From a virus (lineage: Duplodnaviria > Caudoviricetes), in the IMG/VR virus record IMGVR_UViG_3300038313_000459, positions 1 to 26,427 of that record: 26,427 nt of DNA; one strand, 5' to 3'. Made by a program: the position numbers and the translations under genes. Shown here piece by piece: positions 8,156 to 15,754 of this stretch (the first letter of the stretch is position 1; every line of letters begins with the position of its first letter). Under the pieces are notes generated by a model. That model was given only the letters and a program-made list of their open reading frames with translations, made no database searches and was not told where the DNA came from.

Positions 8156-8486
8156 TATCATCACCAAGCAAATAAGCGGATTGATTTAATAATTGCGCTT
8201 TTTTAAAATGATAACGATCAACAAAAAACGCCTTGTCAGGATTATCTATCCCGAAGTATGCTTTACAGAACAAAATAATAGCTTGACGGATATTCCCATC
8301 AGTAATTGTATCAATGGTATTGCCTGATTCATCAATTTCGCCATACGAATTAAAGGAAGGGGGAGAAACTCCCGATCCCTCTAAATCCGCGATGCATTGA
8401 AGAATCAGATCGCTTATCTCATCGTCAAATGCCGTATTATCGGCTGTTATGCGAAGAGATTGTTTGATTTGATTCAAAAGTGACAT
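8148..8486 (-). CDS. Head-tail connector (gp6-like)
   Basis: LLNQIKQSLRI...FDDEISDLI..CIADL...QAIILFCKAYFG; directly follows the capsid gene. Confidence 0.82.
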   Translation of the reverse strand: MSLLNQIKQSLRITADNTAFDDEISDLILQCIADLEGSGVSPPSFNSYGEIDESGNTIDTITDGNIRQAIILFCKAYFGIDNPDKAFFVDRYHFKKAQLLNQSAYLLGDDNE

Positions 8487-8500
8487 CTAATCACCTATCC

Positions 8501-9637
8501 TTATGCTTCTGCCTTAGTTAATTTTACGAACGCTTCACCAATTGCAGGCTTAGAATCGAAGATAGCAGCGCCACGGAAATCAATGCTGTTAGACCTGAAG
8601 CCGCTTTCCACGCTGGATTCTACCGTAATATTCTGACTCAGATTTCCGACAATCTTAGTATAATCCCCAAGGTAGGCATCGTGCAGCGCAACAGAATCAG
8701 AAAGAAGTACAGGATAACCCAAGATTACGAAACTGCCATCAAGATTCCGATAAACGAGATCCGTTTTACTCTTATCCATTAAAGGCATAAAATCCGTAAA
8801 AAGCGTCTTTTTGCTCATAAGGAATTTAGCATTAGTATTATAGCCACCGGGAAGCAGCCCCACAAAATTGCAGACATTTGCGTAAGTGAGAGAAGAACCG
8901 GACGCTACAGTTAGAGAATTGGTATCGTCCCAAGTGTTGGCATAAGCAACGCCCTTCGGTTGATCTGTCCCAGTGCCATTGATAATATCGTTTTCAATCG
9001 CACGTGCAATATCCTCGGAAAGGATCTGAGTAAGCCATCCCTCAAAAGCATCGACTGCCATTGTCTGTACGGTCTTGCTGATGGAGATGACCTTTACATA
9101 CTCATACCCACCAAGAGAAACGGAAACAAGTTTATCACCGGCAGGATTAACAGTCGCGTTTTCAGTATGCCGTGCTGCATTGTCCCTAACGTCCTCGACC
9201 GCGAACTTCACATCACCGGCAACCTGAAGCAGAGTGATCTCGTTAAGGAGTGGTGCTACCTGCTTTAGCTTCGTTACAATTTCGTCGGCTGTCTGTGTAG
9301 GAATAGCAGCTCCAGCGGAATCCGCGACAGAAGTAAACGCTCTCTTTTCTACTTCGTTAAGAGTATTGCCCTGAAGCTTCTTGAGGAAAGCGCTTCTATA
9401 TTCTTTGCTGTCAACTGTATAATTATTTTCCATTTTATCATCATCCTTTGGTTTTTCGATGGTAATACCATCTGCGAGCTTCATCCTCTTTTGGAGATCA
9501 TCAAGTTCCGCATTCAGGTTTCGAAGCTCTGTTTCATACTTATTAATGTCAACCTTTTCCTTATTGGTTTCAATATCCTTGCGGATTTCGGCCTTGCGCG
9601 TATTGATTTCAAACATTCTTTCCTGTAATTTGTTCAT
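8501..9637 (-). CDS. HK97-family major capsid protein
   Basis: N-terminal coiled-coil delta domain, EYRSAFLK, AIPTQTADEI, IINGTGTDQPKG and ILGYPV. Confidence 0.95.
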   Translation of the reverse strand: MNKLQERMFEINTRKAEIRKDIETNKEKVDINKYETELRNLNAELDDLQKRMKLADGITIEKPKDDDKMENNYTVDSKEYRSAFLKKLQGNTLNEVEKRAFTSVADSAGAAIPTQTADEIVTKLKQVAPLLNEITLLQVAGDVKFAVEDVRDNAARHTENATVNPAGDKLVSVSLGGYEYVKVISISKTVQTMAVDAFEGWLTQILSEDIARAIENDIINGTGTDQPKGVAYANTWDDTNSLTVASGSSLTYANVCNFVGLLPGGYNTNAKFLMSKKTLFTDFMPLMDKSKTDLVYRNLDGSFVILGYPVLLSDSVALHDAYLGDYTKIVGNLSQNITVESSVESGFRSNSIDFRGAAIFDSKPAIGEAFVKLTKAEA

Positions 9638-9659
9638 TTAAATATACTCCCTTTCAAAA

Positions 9660-10247
9660 TTAAAGTAGTGATTCGAGAATCAATTTTTTACGCTTTTCAT
9701 CGTAAATCTGATTCTTACGATTTTGTTCTAATTCAGTCAATTTCGACCGTGCGGAAACACTTACATTCGTTTCATCGTATGCGGGAAAATCAACTAAAGA
9801 AACTTCAAACAGTTTATCTATCTTGCGAACTGTAAATGTATTGCTTGAGCTGTCGAAGTCCTGTTCTGCAATCGTAAAAGCAAAGCTGCATTTATCTACC
9901 AACTTGCTTTGAACCATCTTGTATAAATCAGAACCATATGTAGTATCAATGAGTTTGGCTCTGAAATATAGACCATCTTGCTTGATGGTTAATTCAAGCG
10001 TATTATTTTTGGTTCTTGCAACCGCCTTATCAGAATGGTTATAATATAGATATACGTTAGATAAATCTATACCGTCTAAAGCGCGGGAATCAATCATCTC
10101 AAAATACTGATCATCACCATCGTCAAATAAAAGCGTTTTTTGATTAAATACAATTGCTTTCCCTTCGATGATTAGATCATTGTTATTTTCAGTCTGTTCC
10201 GCTGCTCTGATCTGGATCGGATTCATCCGGATTTCCTTCTGCATCAT
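9660..10247 (-). CDS. HK97-family prohead protease
   Basis: IEGKAIVFN, YNH, ARTKNNTL, CSFAF and LFEVSLVDFPAY. Confidence 0.95.
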   Translation of the reverse strand: MMQKEIRMNPIQIRAAEQTENNNDLIIEGKAIVFNQKTLLFDDGDDQYFEMIDSRALDGIDLSNVYLYYNHSDKAVARTKNNTLELTIKQDGLYFRAKLIDTTYGSDLYKMVQSKLVDKCSFAFTIAEQDFDSSSNTFTVRKIDKLFEVSLVDFPAYDETNVSVSARSKLTELEQNRKNQIYDEKRKKLILESLL

Positions 10248-11466
10248 CTGTTGTATCGCCCCCTTTCAATGTACCTTTTTTTGCTTGTGCAAGCTGATAT
10301 TCGTTCGCAATCTCGGAAGATACATAATTTAGGGATTGTAAAACTGTATCAGGATCGGAAGGACGTTCTACATTAAGAATATCTGCGATAGTTCCTTTGG
10401 TCAGAACTCCGAGATCCTTGACGGCCTTAATCATGTTTACCTTGCTTGTCATGCTCATGTAAGATAGCTTATCAGGCACAAACTCTATCGAGTTTCCGAA
10501 GCTAATTTGCCGTTGGTTAAAAACCTTTGCGTTAAATTCTTCCGAGCACTGGATCATAAAAGTTTCTATCGTGCTCTCATAATACGCAAGCCATTGGTTT
10601 TCCGAATAAGTTCCATTTATGATATTTTCGTTTGTGCCGAAATAGTCGTAAATGGCTCTATTTGTTAAAGACGTATTCTTTTCATCAATTAACTGCGGTT
10701 TGCTTTCAATCGGTACATAATCATCACCGGAACCAATGGCAACTACACCGCCGTTATTTTGGGCTGATAAGAACTCGCTGTTAAATTCGTCCCGCTTTCT
10801 CTTGACGTCATCCGGTTGAATAGCGCCAGTAAATTTCAAAATTCCCCGGAGAAAAGCAGAATTTTTGCAAACATTTACAATTCCCTCGCTGATCGTATGT
10901 AGAAGGTTGACAAGCGGAAATAATGGCCTTCTGTTCGACTCTCCAAAGAAGTCATTTTCATATTGATGTTTCCGAAGAATTATAACATCCTCAATCGGCG
11001 CTGTTACTTTCTTCCCTGTCCGGAAAGTAAATTCCAGATAGAGATTACCCGCCTTATCCTCTTTTAATTCAGCTTGCGAATAACTAAAAGGCCAAAAGGC
11101 AATAGGATTCCCAAAATCATCACGCTGTATAAAAACATAAGCATTATTGTCAAGATCATAGATAGTCCTAAGCTGATAGAGGAAACTATAGGTTGATTGA
11201 TATGGATTAGGCCGCAAGCTAAGCAGGTTATTCAAGTTATCGTGGACTGTAACGCCGTTTAAAGCATGACGCATACCCAGCTTAGCGGTATAACGTGCAT
11301 TACAATCAATTGCCGCTCTTACAACTGCATTATCGTAAAGCGATCCGCTGTAATTATAAATCCTGCTGCTATAGCTGTTCAGCATTTGAGCAGTAGTTAG
11401 TGTTTGATTATTTTTTGGTTTGTTCCCGAATATCTTTTGAAAGAAACTTCTCCTTTGTTTTGCCAA
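10189..11466 (-). CDS. HK97-family portal protein
   Basis: LLSLRPNPYQS, NNAYVFI, DFFGESN and RGILKF motifs. Start moved to TTG 11466 (RBS GGAGGTG). Confidence 0.93.
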   Translation of the reverse strand: MAKQRRSFFQKIFGNKPKNNQTLTTAQMLNSYSSRIYNYSGSLYDNAVVRAAIDCNARYTAKLGMRHALNGVTVHDNLNNLLSLRPNPYQSTYSFLYQLRTIYDLDNNAYVFIQRDDFGNPIAFWPFSYSQAELKEDKAGNLYLEFTFRTGKKVTAPIEDVIILRKHQYENDFFGESNRRPLFPLVNLLHTISEGIVNVCKNSAFLRGILKFTGAIQPDDVKRKRDEFNSEFLSAQNNGGVVAIGSGDDYVPIESKPQLIDEKNTSLTNRAIYDYFGTNENIINGTYSENQWLAYYESTIETFMIQCSEEFNAKVFNQRQISFGNSIEFVPDKLSYMSMTSKVNMIKAVKDLGVLTKGTIADILNVERPSDPDTVLQSLNYVSSEIANEYQLAQAKKGTLKGGDTTDDAEGNPDESDPDQSSGTD

Positions 11467-11480
11467 ATACTCACCTCCCC

Positions 11481-13154
11481 TCATTTACCTTTGATATAAC
11501 TTTGATATTCTCCGTAGTGTTCAAGTAAGATAAAATAAGCATCACATAAGGACGCCACCCCATCAATACGGAGATTTCTGTTTTTAGATTTATCAAATTT
11601 GATATTGCCTGCTGGATCAGGTTTAATCGCGCAGTTTGATAAGTTCCACTTGGTGAGCTGATTATTATTATAATTAATCAAATGATCCGCAAAATCAACT
11701 TTTAATGCTTTCATCGTAGGTGACATGGACTTATAGCCCTGTCCTACTCCCTCAACCGGAAGCCCTTTTTCTTTCATTTCTTTGAACCAGTATTGAGTAT
11801 TCCACCTGTCGGCCCCGATCATAATAGGATAAATTCCATACTTTTTCATCAAAATATCCGTGAACCATTTTGTAACATCGTTATAATCAACTCTGTTTCC
11901 TTCACAAAATGTTATAATCCCCTGTTTTTGATAGACATCATAAGGAACCTTATCTTGCCTGATCTTCTTTTCAGCATTTTCTCCTGGGATGAAATAGTGC
12001 TGCAAAATGTATTTTGTTTTATCGTTTTCCCTCATCATTAATGCAGTAGCACACGTTAGATCAGTCGTTTCCGAAAGATCACACCCACCGCAAAAATAAC
12101 TTCCATTAAAATCCATTGGATCAAAAGTTGCTGTATTGGTTAATTCCGCAGGAGTTAGCCATGCGTTTTCTACATTTTCCGGAATGTCAAAATCCTTTGC
12201 CTTTAGCGTCGGCATAAAGGTAGCATCAACTTTCGCTCGGTTTACATTCGCTTTCAATTCGTCGAATGATTTTATTTCACCGATAGATGGATTTGCTTTC
12301 ATCCAACAATTTGATTTATCAATTTCAATCGGATCGTCCAATTCGTAAAAAAATGGAAGAAACGAACCGTAAGGAATATCCTTATCTGTTAATCTTCCTT
12401 CTAAAATATCAGTTCCATATTTATGCAATATGTCAAACAATCCTTGCCTGACAAAACCAGCGGTACTGATTGTAAATATAAGCGGCTGTTCCCGTGCCGA
12501 TTGAGATTGCTTGATTACATCGTAGCTGTAGCGGTCTGTGTTCTCATGTATTTCATCCACCAGCGCGAGAGAACAGTTCAATCCGTCTGCTAACCTGCTG
12601 TTTTTGGAAAGCGGGATCATGCTGGAAAAGTTTTCATCACAATATAAATCTGTTTTCCGTTTGCGAATAATAGCATTTAACTCCGGCGATTGTAAAACCA
12701 TATTCCGCGCTTCGTCGAAAATGATCCGCGCCTGTTGATACTTATTTGCGCTGCAAAGCACCTGAGCACCCTTTTCGGATAGCATTCCATAAATGCCTAA
12801 TCCTGCAAGCATGGTTGATTTCCCTGACTTTCGGCCTGTAATCACGAACACTTCCCGTGCTCTCCTATGCCCTGTCTTAGCATCAACAAAACCGTAAATT
12901 ACTTGCAGCAGCGCTTTCTGCCAAAGCAACAGTCGAACCGGTTGACCCATCCATTTCCCCTTGCTGTTTTTGCAAAAGGTCTGAATAAAGTCAATCGGCT
13001 CGCTTGCCTTGTCCATATCAAAAACCCAAGGATCGATAGGATGATCCAACTCATCATTTAACTTTTTATATACCAGCTTTATCCATTTTCCTGCTATAAT
13101 TTCTCCGCTGTTAATCTTCTCAAAATATTCTCTTATGTAATTATGGCTCATCAC
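11481..13154 (-). CDS. terL: Terminase large subunit
   Basis: LLLWQK, Walker A GRKSGKST, Walker B VDEIH, ISTAG, WMKANPS, DLSETTDLT and RIDG. Confidence 0.97.
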   Translation of the reverse strand: MMSHNYIREYFEKINSGEIIAGKWIKLVYKKLNDELDHPIDPWVFDMDKASEPIDFIQTFCKNSKGKWMGQPVRLLLWQKALLQVIYGFVDAKTGHRRAREVFVITGRKSGKSTMLAGLGIYGMLSEKGAQVLCSANKYQQARIIFDEARNMVLQSPELNAIIRKRKTDLYCDENFSSMIPLSKNSRLADGLNCSLALVDEIHENTDRYSYDVIKQSQSAREQPLIFTISTAGFVRQGLFDILHKYGTDILEGRLTDKDIPYGSFLPFFYELDDPIEIDKSNCWMKANPSIGEIKSFDELKANVNRAKVDATFMPTLKAKDFDIPENVENAWLTPAELTNTATFDPMDFNGSYFCGGCDLSETTDLTCATALMMRENDKTKYILQHYFIPGENAEKKIRQDKVPYDVYQKQGIITFCEGNRVDYNDVTKWFTDILMKKYGIYPIMIGADRWNTQYWFKEMKEKGLPVEGVGQGYKSMSPTMKALKVDFADHLINYNNNQLTKWNLSNCAIKPDPAGNIKFDKSKNRNLRIDGVASLCDAYFILLEHYGEYQSYIKGK

Positions 13155-13513
13155 TTTACGGCGGCAATTTTAATAAACTGCTTTAATTTTTTCTGGTTGG
13201 CAGTTTCAACGGATTTTTCCGAATCGTCTTTGGGAAGGAGGTTGAGAAGCTGTGCCATAACGCCAGAATAGCGGTTAATCATGGTGTTATAACTCTTAAT
13301 CGCAGGAGATTCAACCTTGCCGTGATTATATTCAACGATTGGCCCGGTTTCCTCTATCGTTTCCTGCAAATCATGTAATGTGACCGCCATGAACGCCGCA
13401 TTCCCGATTAACTCCTCTGCCATCTGGATTTTCTCTGAAGGAACATTCTTTAGCGTCTTGCGAAGTTTGGAATATTCGGTTTGAATTTCGTTTTGTTTGT
13501 CATTTATTGCCAT
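13151..13513 (-). CDS. terS: Terminase small subunit
   Basis: Directly upstream of and overlapping terL. AAFMAVTL..LQE.I...G...ESPAIKSYNTMINRY. Confidence 0.8.
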   Translation of the reverse strand: MAINDKQNEIQTEYSKLRKTLKNVPSEKIQMAEELIGNAAFMAVTLHDLQETIEETGPIVEYNHGKVESPAIKSYNTMINRYSGVMAQLLNLLPKDDSEKSVETANQKKLKQFIKIAAVK

Positions 13514-13698
13514 TTTATTCACCTTCTTCTATCTTTTGTTATGTTTGCAAATCTTTTGGTATATTTCTACAAAAGATTAATAGTCGCGATATAAAAAGCC
13601 ATAGAGAGGAAAAAAGCTGTTCATTCAACGGTCTATCCGGTGTTGGAAATGTTTCGCATTATGGGGGGGGATGGCAATGATGTTAATAATATTTGCCA

Positions 13699-14037
13699 TT
13701 ATTTTCCATTTTTACTTTTTGATAATTTTTTTATTTTATCACCTATGTATTTCAATTCGCCATCATCCATAAAAGCCCAACCATCATTAGTTGCAGTATA
13801 CCCCGCTAATTTAGCGTGCGCTAAACTGTGATGGAACGCACACAATGAAGTCAGGTTATCTGGATTCCAAACTATATCTGAGTTGTTTACATTAGAATCA
13901 TCCACTGGTATTATGTGGTGTACTATTTCAGCTTTCTGTCCGCAACCCGGAACGGTACAAATCCCTCCATCACGATCCAACACCGCTTGCCTTAACTTCC
14001 TCCATTGGAGCGTATCATAGAAACGATATCGAGCCGT
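13699..14037 (-). CDS. Packaging-associated HNH endonuclease (HK97 gp74-like)
   Basis: FYDTLQWRKLRQAVLDRDGGIC...C...VHHIIP...NLTSLCAFHH. The conserved N-terminus extends upstream of the track's GTG to an ACG codon at 14037. Confidence 0.85.
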   Translation of the reverse strand, partial: TARYRFYDTLQWRKLRQAVLDRDGGICTVPGCGQKAEIVHHIIPVDDSNVNNSDIVWNPDNLTSLCAFHHSLAHAKLAGYTATNDGWAFMDDGELKYIGDKIKKLSKSKNGK

Positions 14038-14130
14038 TTATCTCACCTTCTCTAATCGACCTCCGTTCAATATGGTTTTGCTTCACTGCCAACCTTATAA
14101 AAAGGCGCATTTCCTCAACGGTAAACTTTT

Positions 14131-14409
14131 TCATTCTTTTTCCTCTTCAGTTTTCTGTATTGCTTTATCAATTTCAATCTTTTCTTTTTGACGTTCGGAT
14201 TTAAGTTTTCTTGATTCGGCAATTAGCTTATTTAAGTCCTGTACGATATTTCCTTCCGCGCGAAATATATAAATTTTATGTTTCGGATTTTTTCGATTAC
14301 ACCTAATATCTACTAGCTCCGTAAAATATCCTTTATCCGCAATTAATGATTCTGCTATTCTGGGAGAATAGACTGTAACTGTTGCAGTTACATTATTTAT
14401 TTCTGTCAT
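14131..14409 (-). CDS. Hypothetical phage protein (DUF5659-like)
   Basis: VYSPRIAESLI...LVDIRCNRKNPKHKIYIF pattern. RBS GGAGG precedes ATG 14409. Family assignment is from memory. Confidence 0.55.
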   Translation of the reverse strand: MTEINNVTATVTVYSPRIAESLIADKGYFTELVDIRCNRKNPKHKIYIFRAEGNIVQDLNKLIAESRKLKSERQKEKIEIDKAIQKTEEEKE

Positions 14410-14426
14410 TTTTGCATCCTCCAAAC

Positions 14427-14957
14427 TTAATGTTTCCAAATGTATCCGTCATACGGGATTCCGTTTTTTATGTGATTACAAATCACAGAAGGAGTATATC
14501 CATTCTGTTTTCTCAATTCCGGAAAACTATTATATTCAGCAATCAGGTTCTTATTTAAATCGTATTGGAAAATTTTCTTTTCTCTTTGTTTTGATCTTCG
14601 CTTTTGGCAATCTTTCCAGTTTAAATTTCCCTTATCATTTGTCCATTCTAAGTTAGTCCATTTATTATTTTGTTTATTCTCATCCAAATGATTGACTGTA
14701 TTATATATTCCGGGTTTCGGATTTACTACAAACGCGAAAGCAACCAATCTATGACCAGATATGTATTTTATCTTCCCATCCTTATATAACTTAAAACGAA
14801 CATATCCATAATTATTTATCTTTCTATGTAATATTCTCTTGCTATGCAAACTATAAACTCTACCATAGTTTGAGATCAAATAATTATCGAAGCTCTCTCC
14901 GTTTATAACAACTTTTTTAAACTCTTCGTCTTTTGCAATTTTCTGAATATCTTCCAT
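14427..14957 (-). CDS. NUMOD4-HNH homing endonuclease-like protein with C-terminal NUMOD1-like domain
   Basis: YLISNYGRVYS, GYVRFKL, HRLVAFAF..NP, VNHLDENKQNN..NLEW and IFQYDL...GYIWK. Confidence 0.9.
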   Translation of the reverse strand: MEDIQKIAKDEEFKKVVINGESFDNYLISNYGRVYSLHSKRILHRKINNYGYVRFKLYKDGKIKYISGHRLVAFAFVVNPKPGIYNTVNHLDENKQNNKWTNLEWTNDKGNLNWKDCQKRRSKQREKKIFQYDLNKNLIAEYNSFPELRKQNGYTPSVICNHIKNGIPYDGYIWKH

Positions 14958-15007
14958 TTCTCATTCTTCACCAATTCTTTCTGCAATTATAATTTCAAAA
15001 AATAATC

Positions 15008-15397
15008 CGGCAGGATAAGCAATAGCGCACGATTACATTACTTCTCCTGCGTGCTATCCTGCCGAACTTATATAAAATACAGTTACTATTGCAGCTGTAG
15101 ATTATAATCATAGGCGCACTGGACAAAGCCACTGTGCCTACAAGAACGAAGGTAAAATACTATTTCATGGCTAAATAAATAGTATTTTTACTTTAGGCAA
15201 CGCTCTTACAAGCGCAGGCAGGTGATTGTCCGCCTTTAATCCAGCCCCATATAGGTAGCCATCAGTTCACCCCAGCCGTTTTTCTCTTTTTTTTAGGAAA
15301 GGTGGGAGATTTGAACTCCATGCAAAACGGCAAAAGTTACCGGAAATATTAATGATTAATGAGCTATAATAATCAACCTGTTTCCAAGTTGTTATTA
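15008..15397 (-). ncRNA. Candidate structured RNA or long late-operon leader
   Basis: ORF-free region packed with consecutive hairpins, including a T-loop hairpin GGAG-TTCAAAT-CTCC (15319-15305). Confidence 0.4.
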
Positions 15398-15403
15398 CCA
15401 AAT

Positions 15404-15601
15404 TTAAAGTTCTACCATGAAGAACCTATCGAAATAAGCATCTAATTTCTGAGCGTCAGACAGGTACAACATAGCTTTCCCCGTCTTAAACCGTGACAGA
15501 CAAGATTCGTCGATCCCGGTAATCTTAGCGATCTGTTTTGCTTTTAGTCCAACCTCTTCAATGGCATAAATTAATCTTTTTCTTAACTGCTTTTGATCCA
15601 T
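15404..15601 (-). CDS. XRE/Cro-family HTH transcriptional regulator
   Basis: GLKAKQIAKITGIDESCLSRFKTG helix-turn-helix; 65 aa with RBS. Confidence 0.85.
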   Translation of the reverse strand: MDQKQLRKRLIYAIEEVGLKAKQIAKITGIDESCLSRFKTGKAMLYLSDAQKLDAYFDRFFMVEL

Positions 15602-15689
15602 GATTGCACCTGCCTTTCATTTTAAATTGGTAAAAAATAATTTGAAATATATTATTTTACCAAAAACAGTACTTCCTTCAAATAAAATA

Positions 15690-15731
15690 AATCCCTGAAA
15701 AAATGTTGTGATATAACATTTTTCGGGGATT
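15690..15731 (-). terminator. Hairpin downstream of the RNAP gene, possible terminator
   Basis: AATCCCCGAAAAATGTT...AACATTTTTTCAGGGATT followed by TATTTTATTT on the minus strand. Confidence 0.55.
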
Positions 15732-15754
15732 CAGTTTTTTGTAAATTTTACTTT

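Noticed and set aside
2659-13061. Many plus-strand and nested ORFs within the structural genes (e.g. 2971-3729, 8960-9268)
   Set aside because: Antisense or off-frame shadows of clearly identified phage genes
15270-15340. Possible tRNA gene suggested by GTTCAAATC
   Set aside because: Only a T-arm-like hairpin; I could not build acceptor, D or anticodon arms
14427-15397. Group I intron containing the HNH endonuclease
   Set aside because: No split gene flanks it and I could not identify the conserved intron core elements
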